A stretch of DNA of 64,000 nt from Azolla caroliniana (lineage: Eukaryota; Plantae; Polypodiophyta): positions 12,400,001 to 12,464,000 of the forward strand of contig JBHGNT010000018.1 of NCBI GenBank assembly GCA_043228905.1, read 5' to 3'. Shown here piece after piece: positions 24,836-37,640 of the stretch; the stretch's first letter is position 1, and each line of letters begins with the position of its first letter. The notes under the pieces are model-generated. The model worked only from the letters and a program-made list of their open reading frames with translations. It did no database searches and had not been told where the DNA came from. The position numbers and the translations under genes are program-made.

Positions 24836-25344
24836 TGCCTGCCGTAACTCCCAGATCGCTTCTTTATCCAGTTCCTTGTCGGTCCCGTCCGGTTGCAACA
24901 TGTACCGTGATTATTAGAGATCTAGGTACTAAAGTAAGCTTAAGATAAGGATAAAGTAATGATAGATAGAAAGGAGAAAGAGAAAGAAGGGTGCCGATCC
25001 ACCCGACCACCCCCGAGCGAAGGGATCGAGACGGACTCGAGCCTCGATCGGCGTCCCATACCACCGCCGTGGCGTCGAGTCATACTTGGTGTTGGCGCGC
25101 TCGCTACAAGAGTTGACCCACCACAAGAGCAGAGTCTCGATGTAGTCAAAAGATGATCAAATGAGGGTAGCTAGGCCTCTTATTTATAGCGATACCCAAG
25201 GCCCCCAGGCAAGTTCACACTTGACCTAATTGGTTGTCTCAATCCCGAGGATTAAAAGTAATCCTCGCCTTCTTTACACTCTCGTTTAACCCTCACACTT
25301 ATCCACGTGTATAGAATACTATGGTAAATTCTCACCACGGGATA

Positions 25345-28300
25345 TTAAATGGTCATGCCCGTAACATACTCCCCCGTCTTTAAAACATTGCACTCTTGCA
25401 ATGGAAAGTTAGGGAAGTTAGTTCTAAGAGTATTTTCGCGTTCCCATGTGGCATCTTTTATTGATTTATCCATCCATTTTATTTTAAATTCTCGGATTTC
25501 TTTAGTACGTAATTTGTTTGTTTTAACATCGAGAATTCTTTCTGGTACATGTGGTTTAGAATATATTTCTTCAGAAGTAACCAGAGTTTTAGTTGTAACT
25601 GTATTGTCGCCAGAACCTAGAAGTTCTTTTAGACGACTCACGTGAAAGACTGGATGAATTCCGACACCATCGAGAAGAGCGAGACGATAGGCTGATGACC
25701 CAATGCGTTTGAGGATTGTAAAAGGTCCACAAAACCGTGGGGCTAACTTAGCGCACTTACCCGTAGACAATGTCTTAGAATTGTGAGGTACACGTAAAAA
25801 TACCTTCTGTCCAGGGTTGAATACACGAGGTTGCCTATGATGATCGGCATAAAAACGGGCTCTATCTTGAGCTGTTTTTATATTATCTCGTGCAATATGC
25901 AACATATCTTGCATATCCCAAAGAAAGTTTTGCGTACTTCGCAACTCATCATGATGTATATTAACATCAATCGGGGCTCGTGGCTGAAAACCATACATCA
26001 ACATAAAAGGACTATATCCCGTCGACGTATGCTTGGAGCTGTTATAAGCAAACTCCAAAATTGGGAGATAATGTTCCCATTTTGTCGGTTTTGCACCAAC
26101 ATATGCTCGAAGCATGTCCTCAATAATTTGATTTACTTGTTCTGTCTGTCCATCAGATTGAGGATGATCCGTGGAGCTCATGCTCAACGTAGTTTCTAAC
26201 TTCTTAAAGAATTGCGTCCAAAAGTCACTACTAAACTTTGGATCTCGATCACTCACGATATCCATCGGTAACCCATAAAAACGAAACAATTTGTCAATGA
26301 ATTGGTAAGCCAATTCAGGAGCTGTTACCGTGGTTTTAGTAGCAATAAATCTGGCCATTTTAGTTAGTCGATCAACAACAACCCAAATGGCATCATGGCC
26401 TTTTTGGGTGCAACGAAGGCTAAGAATAAAATCCATGGATATGCTTTCCCACTTATTATTGGGAATTTCCAAGGGATGTAAAAGTCCTGCGGCTTTAAGT
26501 CGCTCGGCTTTAAGTCGCTCGGCTTTGTTAACCTGACACTGGTGACATTTAGTCACATAGCTATGTATGTCAAGACGCATCTTAGGCCAATAAAATTGAG
26601 TGGAGATGAGAACGAGTGTACGATGTATTCATGGCATTCAAAAAGAATCCTCTTTTTGACCTCGGGTAAATCTGGAACACAAACCTTCCCATTACGGTAG
26701 AGGAAACCGTTAGCAATGTGGAAGTATTCCTTCGAGGATGTGGTGGTGTCTGTTCCAGACTCAACTCTTGCCTAGTATTTTGCAAAATAACTGTCATCAG
26801 GATACTCTCCTCGAAGGTGATCATAAAGATCTGATGTTATTTCAGTGAAGCTAAGCATGTTAACTTCACGGATGCGACTTAGTGCATCAACGACAGTGTT
26901 CATGGAACCTTTACGATATCATATGGAAAAATCAAAGTCCTGGATGAGATCAGCCCATCGTGCCTTACGACCTTTCAGGTCTTGTTGGTCACAAAAATAT
27001 TTCAGGACTCGTGGTCTGTAGTTACCACAAAGCGATTTCCATAAAGATAATGGCGCCATGTTTTGAGCGCATGTATAATTGCAAATAATTCCTTTTCTTG
27101 AATGGTATACCGACATTGAGGAGAATCAAGTTTCTTACTCTCGAATTCTATTGGTTTACCATCTTGATACAAGACAGCACCTATAGCATAATCGCTTGCA
27201 TCGGTTTCAACCTCAAAAGGTTTTGAAGGATCAGGTAAAAGAAGTGAAGGAGCCTTGCAAACCAGGTCCTTGAGTTCCTTAAAGGCGAGGTCTAGTGTAG
27301 CATTCCACACAATAGGTTTCTTAAACTTACGCGTTTGACATTTTAAAAGATCAGTAAACGGCGTCGTCAATTGGGAGTAATTACGAAGAGACTTTCGCAA
27401 AAACACGACAAAACCAAGGAATGATCGAACTTCAATGCGAGAAGGATCAATTTCAACTCCTCATTCGGTTATGAGATGTCCAAGATAAGTAATTGATTTC
27501 TTGAAGAACTCACATTCTGAGATCTTCGCATAAAACTGTTTGTCACGCAATGTTTGTAAAACAAAGCGGACATGTTTCGCATGTTCTTGTAATGTACGGC
27601 TATAAACTAAAATATCATCCAAGAAAATAACGACAAATTTTCCAAGTTGTTCTTGGAAAATGTCATTCATTCATTGTTGAAATGTAGCCGGAGCATTGGT
27701 CAAACCAAAAGGCATAACCAAAAACTCGTAATGGCCATAGCACGTACGAAATGTCGTTTTAGGAACATCGTCCTCACTTATTCGTATTTGATGGTAGCCA
27801 GTACGGAGATCAAGTTTCGTAAGATACCAAGCTCCCTAGAGACGGTCAATTAGATCGTCAGCCCGGGGCAATGGATACGAATTCTTGATCGTCACTTTAT
27901 TCAAGCGTCGGTAATTAATACACATACGCCATGTGCCCTCTTTCTTTTTAACCAAGAGAACTGGTGCACCCCATGGAGATTTACTATAACGTATATAACC
28001 CATTCGTAAATAGTCCTTGAGTTGCTTAGATACCTCATCTTCTTCGGATCGACTTAAGTGATACGGAGGTATACTTATTGGTGCAACACCAGGTACAATA
28101 TCTATACGATGGTCTATATTTCGTTTTGGAGGTAACCCATCAGGTAGTTCATCAAGTTGTTGTTGTTCAAAATATGTTAATTGAACCGAGACATTATCGA
28201 TATTGTAAACGTGAATGTCCGGATCAAGTACACAATAAAATAACGTAGAACAAGACAACTCGGATATTGATGGACACGAGGAAACAATCGAGAGGGATTG

Positions 28301-29701
28301 TTTTTTTACACATTGAATAAAATGCGTACAATCGTTCAGTACAAAAGAAATGGAATGACGAACCCAATCAATAAATAAAGAAGAGTTTTTATTATAAAAC
28401 CAGGGATAACCCAATATTACATCGGTGGTACAAAGATTCATTACATGGAAGTCTACTTCCTCTATATAAGTATCAATAGAAATTCCTAATGAATGAATCG
28501 CCCCGTTGATGTATTGTACTCTTCCATCAGCCAAGTGCACCGTATAGGTGTGATGACTTACGGTGGGTTGGATTCCCCATATCTGAACCAAACGATCATT
28601 CACAAAATTGTGTGAGCTTCCCGAATCAAATAAAAATTGTACGGGAGATCCATTGATATACCCGTTTGCACGTAGTAAATCATTGGGACCCAATACATAG
28701 TGAGGGAAAGAACATTGACAATTACTTAAATGATGTGTATAGACCTGAAGGACATTAAGAATCTGACCTTTATGGTCTGCAGCTTTAGCTTTGTTGTCGT
28801 GCTCTTTCCGTTGGAGCTTTCGACATTGATCTTTTGTATGACCCTTCTTTTTGCAGAATACGCAAAAAGGATGTTGTCGCTTACAATCGCGATCCAGGAA
28901 TTCGTTTGGTGTCTTGTGTTTCCCAACAAATTGCAACTGCTTAGTCCCGGGCGCTTCGTTGGGTTTGTTGTGGTCCTTCTTCGAAGTGCGTTGATAGCGA
29001 AGAACTATTTCAACGGCCTCTTCGAAGGATTTTGGATCCTTATCGTGCAATATCCAGTGATAGTCCGAATTGGGGATGCCATTGACAAAACAAGCTATCA
29101 ACCAATTGTCCCCTTCTAGACCCGATTTTTGGATTTGGGTTCTAGCATGGTGAACATAGTCTTCTAGCGAGGAAAATTTCCTGCTAGAGAGGTTCATTAA
29201 AGCTTGTGCTGCCTCGGTTCGAGAGGGAGGTTGCAGAAATTGGCCCTTAAAAACCGTGACAAAATCTGTCCAGGTATCGGGCAATTTCCCCATAGTACGG
29301 AGCCCACGCCACCAGGCGGCGGCCTTACCCCCGAGTTCTCGGCCGACATATGCAATCTTCGTACTATCTGCCGTGGGATAGAGCTCAAAATGAGACTCCC
29401 ATCGTCCCAGCCATGTGCAGATTGCCTCTTCGGTTCTTTCCTTTTTGTCTCCCGTAAATGGCTTAACGACAAATGATGGTTCACCTTATCGCTCATCAGG
29501 TCTATTAGTCTCATGTTGTAGACTAATGTCACGTGCCTCAAGAGCAGTCTGAGATTGCCGAAATTTGGTCATTTGTTGAGCGGTGAAAATAAGGTATTGG
29601 GTTATTTGTGCCAAATACATCTCAGTGGACATTTGTCCAGGAGGATTCCCTTGAGTTCCTTCCGCTTGAGCAGATGACATCGGGTCATTAATTTGAGCCA
29701 T
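25345..29701 (-). pseudogene. Element C gag-pol (gag, PR, RT, RH, INT, chromodomain), running into the 3' LTR
   Basis: [66 protein letters not shown]. Confidence 0.95.
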
Positions 29702-30789
29702 TAAAGATTATTTCTGGAAAAGAAATAGGATAAGGTCAGAGAGATAGTCATAACATCATGTCGTGATGTAAACATATCATGGGCAAACATTAATCGATAT
29801 CATGATCTCACGTCAATACCCCTCTAGACGTATGAGATGAGGTTGAAGATCAGGTTACTATGGTAACACAAAGGTTTTTTAAAAACCATGGGGGTGACAA
29901 TTTAATGTCTTTCCCTGATCTCTATATCGATTTTTTCATGGCGGCTCCCCGAGGCTCAACCATGTATGTTCGCGTCATGAATAGTTTATACACGAAAAAA
30001 ATGTTAACAATAAACTATGTTTCGGTGCCCACATATGTGGTTTCGGCTCTTTAAGTCCTATTACAAGGACCCTGAGGTGCACTTAGACCCAGTAAGTTGA
30101 GCCAACCCAGTAAGTTGCTCTTCTCAAATGCTTAATGTTTGATGCGTATAAGAGATATGCGAGGCAATTGATCATATATGTTTTTTTTTTTAAAGAACAT
30201 ATATTTCAAGGGTCCTTATTTCGCCCTCATTTACCAAAACTATGATGGTACGTTACCTAACCTCAAGTCTCGTAAGTACGATGGCATACGCCAAATTGCA
30301 ACCTAATGGTCAAGCCAAATGAGCTTTCGTTTCGTAGTAGGCCCACGTGGCCCATCACATGGTCACGTCATTACGAATGCCTCTCATAAGAACGAGCTCA
30401 ACATGGCATCGTATCCATGTAACGAGGGAGGGATGTTGGATACATGTGTCATTGGAGCGACCTCACTTGAAGTGGGTCAAGCCCTACGTACTCAACATCA
30501 TTATGGCTATAAGCGTTTCTTTACGAAACGAAATCGAGGTCATCAATGGGGTTGTCAACAATAAAAAATTGTTGAAAAGGGATGGTGACAACGCCATTCT
30601 CACAAAAATGTGAGGACGGCCACCAACATCCTTTTCCCGACAAGGACAACTTTCGATATAATCACGTAATAACGAATATACACATATGTTTACTTATCAC
30701 ATATATACGATCAAATACGTATATACGTGACCACATATGCCTATATTAACATATCGTTATATTAAATAGCCACAAATGATGTGATCGAG

Positions 30790-31045
30790 ATACGTAATCG
30801 AGGTATATACCTCTACGCACATGAAACATCCACAAATAAGAGATCATCGTAATACGCAATTGAGGTACTGACCTCTTACACATACGAGACCAACCGAATA
30901 TCGTTTACAGCAAATCAAGGTATTAAACTCATACGCAAACGTAACATATGTTCGTGAACGTAATACGTAATTGAGGTATTAACCTCGTACATATACGACA
31001 CTCATCACATATTATTAATATGTCAAATGAGGTATTGACCTCGTG
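30790..31045. repeat. Five palindromic motifs GAGGT(N4-5)ACCTC at ~52-63 bp spacing in the 5' leader of element C
   Basis: ATACGTAATTGAGGTATTAACCTC-like units near 30790, 30852, 30911, 30963 and 31026. Confidence 0.75.
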
Positions 31046-31989
31046 CACATATGTAAACATTTTAGATAATCAATTAAAGACCACTACAACATCATTGACT
31101 TAATGAAAAAAAATGACATATAAACTAAACACATGATTAGATGGGAGAAGAGAGAATAGAAAAAAAAATTCTGGAAAGAGTTACCGAAGTTCTTTGTTGA
31201 TTGTTGTCTGGATCAAGGCAGACCGCACATCGATCGATCACCATCAATCAAACGACAAATGAAAAACAAAGAAACATTAGTACATAAAATCTGATACCAA
31301 ATATTAGAGATCTAGGTACTAAAGCAAGCTTAAGATAAGGATAAAGTAATGATAGATAGAAAGGAGAGAGAGAAAGAAGGGTGTCGATCCACCCGACCAC
31401 CCCCGAGCGAAGGGATCGAGACGGACTCGAGCCTCGATCGGCGTCCCATACCACCGCCGTGGCGTCGAGTCGTACCTGGTGCTGGCGCGCTCGCTACAAG
31501 AGTTGACCCACCACAAGAGCAGAGTCTCGATGTAGTCAAAAGATGATCAAATGAGGGTAGCTAGGCCTCTTATTTATAGCGATACCCAAGGCCCCTAGGC
31601 AAGTTCACACTTGACCTAATGGGTTGTCTCAATCCCGAGGATTAAAAGTAATCCTCGCCTTCTTTACACTCTCGTTTAACCCTCACACTTATCCACGTGT
31701 ATAGAATACTACAGTAAATTCTCACCACGGGATATTAAATGGTTATGCCCGTAACAATGATACTGCTTCGGCTACATCAATTTCGAACAACGGTACGATC
31801 TTTGGATTTTCCTGTAAGTATTGATCTACCTCTTCGTCTGCCAATCCTTCCAGCATGTTGACACATTCCACATATAGCGGCGTCAATTCCTTGCCGGTAC
31901 CGGACTATGGTTGAGTCGGTACTCGTACTTTCGCTTTTCCACGCCGTAATGTAAATATATTCTTCCTCCAGTTTTGCTTGATGTGTGTT

Positions 31990-34449
31990 GTTTTTAACCA
32001 AGGGCATCCCAACAATAGTGGGTAAGCTCCCTGAGCCTATAGCTGGAGAACTACTACGGAAATGTAAAATGTGTGACCCCCGATGGTCACTTCACGATCA
32101 CGTATTAACCCGGTCGGCCATACTGAGCTTGTGTCCGCCATCTGAAGCCAAAACGGGCATGGTTCCCAGTCATGGATTCCTAGAGTGTTACACGTTCGGA
32201 AGCTAATCACGTTCACGCCGGATCCTCCATTGATAATCATGCCGGGTAGCTCTTTTCCTTTCACGATGGTTGTGATTGCCGGATTGCTCGTGTCTACCAC
32301 TGCCGGTCGGCCATACTGAGCTTGTGTCCGCCATCTGAAGCCAAAACGGGCATGGTTCCCAGTCATGGATTCCTAGAGTGTTACACGTTCGGAAGCTAAT
32401 CACGTTCACGCCGGATCCTCCATTGATAATCATGCCGGGTAGCTCTTTTCCTTTCACGATGGTTGTGATTGTCGGACTGCTCGTGTCTACCACTGCCGGT
32501 CCTTCCTTCGGATTTGTAAAGAATGACGGAGCCGGTGGGGTGTCGGCTGCCCTCCTTCCTGTCTTCAGTCCTTCCGTGAAGCGTGGTTCCAGTTGCAATA
32601 GCCGGCCTAACGACAACGTTATTTGGCATTCTTGCAACGCCTGCCATGTTGGGTTTTTGGGCTGCCCCGGGCCGGTGAGCTCTTCGGCATTCTCCTTTTG
32701 TTGTTCGAGCTCTGTCGCATTCCGCTTGTTTGCCTTCTTCACCCATTCGGTTGCCTGCTTCCGGATGGCTTCTTGAGTTTCCCACTCCGTGGCTTTGCCT
32801 TGTGATCTTGTAGTGACTTGTTGTAAGTCCGCGACTTCTGCGTCTACCATGTTCACCGCTGGTCGCTTGTCGTAGCTCTTCGTTGGACATTGGTTACTAT
32901 AGTGGCCTTCTTGCCGGCAATAATTGCAGTACGCCTTTCGGGTGTTACTAGATTCGGCGTTTGTGCCCGCCCCCTATTGAGGTCCTGTGGTAAGTGCTTG
33001 GTTTTGGTCTGGTTGGCTGCTTGGAGCGCCCTTTTCCGGTTCCCGTGGATGACCCCCCTTTTTGTTGAAATGGCGTTTCTTGTTGAAATTCCTTTTGTTT
33101 CGGTAACCTTGATGGGGTTGGTCGTCGTACTTGCCATAGCCGTCCCGTCGTTGGTTGTAACCAAGGGAGTGATCTCGGTTGTATCTCTTGTACCGTCCAT
33201 TATAGTCCCGGTATCTATCCTGTCTGTCATACCGGTCATAAGCGTCTCTTCGGTTGCGGCACTGGACATCTTGTGCCGGCCGGTAGCGCTCCTCTCGCCG
33301 CCAACATTCTTCTTCTTCCTCCCGGTTGCTTCGTGGTTCAATTTGCCGGACCAGTGGTGCTTGCCGATTGAACAACTTATACTCACACCGTTCCATTGTG
33401 TGACTTTTGGAGTGGCAGAGCAAGCATTGGGAACGCATGGTGCATTCCAGCGCCAAATGTCCGATATTCAGGCATGTCGTACATTGAATTGTTTGCCAGA
33501 AACGGAGGTCCTCATCTGTCGGTAGTGCACGCTGAAGTGCGCCCATGGTTAGCCATGAACTTGAGTTTTCCATTTCCCAAACTCGGTTGATCACTTTATC
33601 TATGCTACTGGTGCGGAAATCAATGACGGTGCACACTGTTCGTAAGGGTTCCCGGAGTGCTACTAAGAATATGGCTTTTGTTTCTTCCTTCGATGGTGTC
33701 CAGCTAAGCTGACTATGGATCCGCTCGAACCGGATGGCAAATTGTTGAATGTTCTCCGTTGGTTCCTGCCGGATACTGTAAAATATGCCTACCATTTCCC
33801 GTTGGTCCATCTCCTTGTGAAAGAAATGCAAGAATTTTGTCTTTAATGTTTCAAACGTGCGGATGGTGCTAGGATTTTGTGTTCTGTGCCATCTGGCGGC
33901 CGGTCCCTCCAGGGTCATGCCGAACTCTGCCCTTTTTGAGCGTTCCTCTTCGGCCGCATTTAAGCGTTGGGACACATGGTTTGCCTCCTAGGTCTGCTGA
34001 AACGCATGAATGTGAGCTTCCCCGTCCGGATCATCCCGGTATCTGGGATATTGGAACGACATATCGTCGTTTGGTGTCGGTACGCGGGCTGGTGGTGTCG
34101 ATGGTCTTTCCTCCTCCTCTATCGGCGTCGAAGGTCTTTCTCGGTCCTCCGTCGCCGTCAGAGGTCTTTCTTGCTCCTCTTTCGGTGTCGAAGGCTTCTC
34201 CTCCTCGATTTCTGGTGTCAGAGGTCTCTCTTCCTCGACTTCTGGTTTCAGAGTGTGCTCGATTTCCGGTGCTAGAGGTTCCAGCCTTGTCAATTCTGGT
34301 TCTAGTGTCGGCAAGGTATCCGACTCCTCGTCCTCCGGTCTGTTTGGGGTGTCGTTGCTCTTGTGGTAGTTCATATGCGCGCTGTATTCCCCTTCCGAAT
34401 CCGATTCCAAAGTTGAAAATGCTTTGGATTCGCCTTCGCCCGTTGCCAA
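31990..34449 (-). pseudogene. gag: Element B gag and protease
   Basis: Retrotransposon gag helical domain, paired CCHC knuckles (CTTCLNIGH..C, CLLCHSKSH..C), protease MIINGGSGVNV; ~30-bp EEERP(S/L)TP repeats at ~34090-34240. Confidence 0.9.
32110..32495. repeat. 193-bp tandem duplication within the protease of B
   Basis: 32110-32302 is repeated almost exactly at 32303-32495, with CCGGTC at the junctions. Confidence 0.95.
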
Positions 34450-34717
34450 TGGCTAGAGAAGGGATTTTGCTTCCCGAAGGCTACTTAGGCTGCTTCCTTC
34501 GTCTGGATAGTCGTTTTGTGGTAACCGAAGTGACTCCTTGGCCACTCTCCGGATCACCTTGGAAAATGAGCGATCCGCTCATTTCTTCTGCCGCTTGCTG
34601 GAAAGTCTCTCGCTTCCTTAGCCGTTCAGCAAGTCTCCTTGCTTGCTCCGTAACCGGGTCGTTCGTTGGTCTAGTCATCCATTCCCGCACGATGTTTGTT
34701 GCGATTGTGCAGGAATC

Positions 34718-34727
34718 GTGGTCGCCA
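34718..34727 (-). promoter_or_regulatory. Minus-strand primer-binding site of element B (tRNA-Arg-like)
   Basis: TGGCGACCAC, 7 nt inside the 5' LTR boundary; complementary to the recalled plant tRNA-Arg(UCG) end GTGGTCG-CCA. Confidence 0.7.
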
Positions 34728-34734
34728 AAAACTG

Positions 34735-35176
34735 TGTTAATACTAAGGGCCGGACAATGGCCTAATACAGGGTGTCTACGAAAGACACTTCACCAAAGGG
34801 GTGTTACAGCGAGATAACTTAAGACACAATGATTAATCAGACTTAATTGGTTACTTAGCAATATGGCATTAAATTTGATACACGCATATGATAGAACAAT
34901 TAGTACAGAATGGTAATCAACACTTAAACATAAAACAAGAAGCTCTATTCATTATCCGTCAAAGTTTTACATTGTAACCGGGCCTTTATATAGGTCACCG
35001 GTGCTGAGTACAAAATGGTGCCAACCGGCACCTGTTTGGAACTGGTCTGGATCTGGATCGGCATACCGATTCCGGTCCGTTCATTCACGTCTCATAAACT
35101 AGTTAATTAAAATAGATCACGAATAAACAATCCCTTTCATATTCTGGTCTTTAACTCCTTTGCCGGCCGGGTAACA
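34735..35176 (-). repeat. 5' LTR of element B
   Basis: TGTTA..TAACA, followed by TSD AAGAG. Confidence 0.95.
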
Positions 35177-35390
35177 AAGAGGCTCCAGAGATCCCTGAGG
35201 AAAATGCAACTGCTGCACAAATTAAAGCATTTAAGGAATGGAATCAAAGGGCAAGTAAAGTATTTCATTGGCTCTCACTTAGCATCTCGGATTCGATGCT
35301 TGGACACATACAAGATGCTATGCTTCCAAAAGAAACTTGGGACAGTTTGGTAAAACTGTTTGTAGTGAACACAAAGGCTAGAAATCTTCG

Positions 35391-37058
35391 AGGCTTACCA
35401 AGAAGGGGCAATCATTTGTTTGGTGTAAAGAAGCGGACATGGCTTTTGAGAGTCTTAAGAAGGCATTCACATCAGCTCCTATTCTAACCCATGTTGATCT
35501 AGCAAAACCTTTCATCATTGAGGCAGATGTGTTGGATTTCGCCTTGGGTAACATTCTTTCACAACAAGGTGATGATGAAAAGCTACATCTTGTGGCTTTC
35601 CATTCACGCAACTTTGACGCCGCCGAAATCAACTATGAAATTCACGATAAAGAGGCATTAGCAATAGTGGACTCTTTTTCGCAATGGAGGCATTTTCTAG
35701 AGGGATCTTCTAATCAAGTCACCGTATTCAATGATCACAAAAATCATGCCTACTTCCAGAATGCTCATGTATTAAATCGACGTCAAGCTCGGTGGGCCCA
35801 ATTCCTCACTCATTTCGACTTCAAAATTACATATCGTCCTGTGAAGCAACAAGGGAAGACAGGTGCGTTATCGAAAGCATCGTGTCGCAGAGCAAAGATG
35901 CCAAGACATCATCCATATGATTTATTGGAACCATTACCAATTCCAAGCAAGCCGTGGCAATCCATTGCTCTAGATTTCATCACAAATCTTCTAGTTTCTA
36001 AGGGATTCAATGCGATCTTAACAATAGTAGATCGATATACGAAGATGGCCCATTTCCTGCCATGTACTAAGGAAATCACTAGTGAAGAAACCGACGAAAC
36101 TGTCATGCGTGAGGTATGTTGGCATCATGGCCTCCCCGATAGTATCATCAGCGATCGTGGACCCCAGTTTGTCTCGAAATTGTGGAATCACCTCTTGAAA
36201 ATGCTCAATGTCACTTGTAACCTCTCCTCTGGCTACCACCCGCAAACGGACAAACAAGCAAAATGAACAAATCAAACCCAGGAATAGTATCTTCGGTGTT
36301 TTCTAAGCTATCACCAAGATGACTGGGTGAATATTCTCCACTTCGCCGAATTTGGGTATAATAACTCTGTCCACTCATCGACTAAGGTTACACCATTTTA
36401 TGCTTATACGGGCTATCATCCCTGATGGTGTGTATTCGAAACTCCAGAGTTACCATCAAATCCTTGTGCAGAGGATCGTTTAGAGCGGTTACGCAAGATA
36501 CAAGCGGATTTATCTATTCATTTACAACAAGCTCAACAAACACACAAGGATTATGCGGATCATCATCGGCTTCATTCCAGTTTTAACATTGGAGATCGGG
36601 TATAGCTATTGCAATGACACATCAAGAATTCTCCCCCATGCAATAAATTGGATTATCGGCGATTGGGTCCTTTCCGTATTATCGGAAAAATTAATGATGT
36701 CGCTTTTCGTTTCGATCTACCTCCGCAACTACGGATACATTCATTATTTCATAATTCTCTTCTAGAACCCTATCATGACATCACTATCCCAGGTTGTATC
36801 AAACGACCTCCACCTCCGATCAAACTTGAAGATGGACTTGCATACGAGGTTGCCGCCATCCTCGATTCCAAGATTGTTCACAACAAGCTCTACTATTTGG
36901 TCGATTGGCTAGGATATAGCCCTAGCAAGCATACCTCGGAACCAATAGAGAATGTGACCAATGCTTGTGCTCTTCTTGAAGACTTCCATTGTCAATATCC
37001 AAACAAACCAGGTTCTCAATCCAAAACAAACGTACTTGGGAACCAATTGAGAATGTGA
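35391..37058 (+). pseudogene. pol: Element A pol, 3' part (RNase H, integrase with internal deletion, chromodomain)
   Basis: RLTKKGQSFVW, EINYEIHDKE, IALDFIT, SDRGPQF, YEVAAILDS..YLVDWLGY; ~92-bp tandem duplication at 36938-37130. Confidence 0.92.
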
Positions 37059-37155
37059 CCAATGCTTGTGATCTTCTTGAAGACTTCCATCGTCAATATC
37101 CAGACAAACTAGGTCCTCAATCCAAAACGACTCGTAACATTCGTCGTTTTAAAGA

Positions 37156-37426
37156 TTTGAGCCCATGACCTTATATTACATAGGTCGATCCCTTGCCATT
37201 ATACTATATATTGTAATATGTTTCAATTATTATTTCACTGTAGAAAATTGATGTATATTTCCATATTTCTCTGAAACATTGAAGAAACTTCAGGAGTACT
37301 CCTGAAAACATTAGAAAAGGAGGCACAATGCATTATTTCGAACCAAATCGGTTCAACGCCAGTCTTAAGCCTCATAGCTATTCTTGTACTTACTCTTCAT
37401 ATAATATAATATATATTTTGTTATCA

Positions 37427-37487
<61 letters not shown>

Positions 37488-37598
37488 CTCTCATCTATTT
37501 CTCCTTCTCTCGTGAGTTCTACACCCTTTTTTCTCTCTCTGTACTAATTCGTATCTTTTAGTACTGATTCCCTCTCTGTCTTAGTACTGTTCCTGACA
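37156..37598 (+). repeat. 3' LTR of element A, lacking its 5' part and the PPT
   Basis: Matches ~1402-1818 with an expanded CT microsatellite; ends CCTGACA. Confidence 0.85.
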
Positions 37599-37640
37599 GT
37601 GTCGAATGTCCGAATACGGTCTCTTTTGTACAAGCTATAT

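Larger units (their letters stand above)
24912..31756 (-). mobile_element. Element C: Ty3/Gypsy chromovirus, full-length, decayed
   Basis: Near-identical 455-bp LTRs 24912-25366 and 31302-31756; TSD GTGAT/ATGAT; iMet PBS TGGTATCAGA (31290-31299, minus); PPT AAGACGGGGGAGTA (25367-25380); chromodomain at the pol end. Confidence 0.95.
10034..35176 (-). mobile_element. Element B: large non-chromoviral Ty3/Gypsy with accessory 3' ORF
   Basis: 442-bp LTRs (34735-35176; 10034-10323 plus 16972-17123), TG..CA ends, TSD AAGAG (10029-10033 / 35177-35181). gag, PR, RT, RH and INT are all on minus. Confidence 0.93.
9460..35390 (+). mobile_element. Fragment K: ~0.8 kb Copia piece (partial LTR, PBS, gag N-terminus), split by element B; own sequence is 9460-10033 plus 35182-35390
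   Basis: LTR end ..TAACA 9768 followed by PBS TGGTATTAGAGC 9769-9780. Gag EKLDKNNFPTWKFRM..IEGDLEE continues after element B as APEIPEENAT..MLGHIQDA. Confidence 0.85.
1230..37598 (+). mobile_element. Element A: Ty3/Gypsy chromovirus (Tcn1-like), decayed, interrupted by ~31 kb of nested insertions
   Basis: LTR-like direct repeats (1407-1818 matches 37161-37598). Gag with CCHC knuckle, protease, RT (YLDD), RNase H, integrase and chromodomain occur in Gypsy order on +. No matching TSD found and the 5' start is uncertain. Confidence 0.8.

Noticed and set aside
30790-31045. Palindromic repeats with variable spacers as a CRISPR array
   Set aside because: Repeats are degenerate, spacers share sequence and the array lies in a retrotransposon leader.
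33879-34817. 312-aa plus-strand ORF as a separate gene
   Set aside because: It is antisense to the repetitive gag N-terminus of B, runs into the LTR and has no recognisable motif.
10034-35176. Reading element B as plus-strand (PBS at 17126) with antisense gag-pol
   Set aside because: The TATA-like box and all ORFs are on minus, and a PBS exists at the expected minus-strand position. The plus reading also lacks a PPT, so it does not remove the anomaly.
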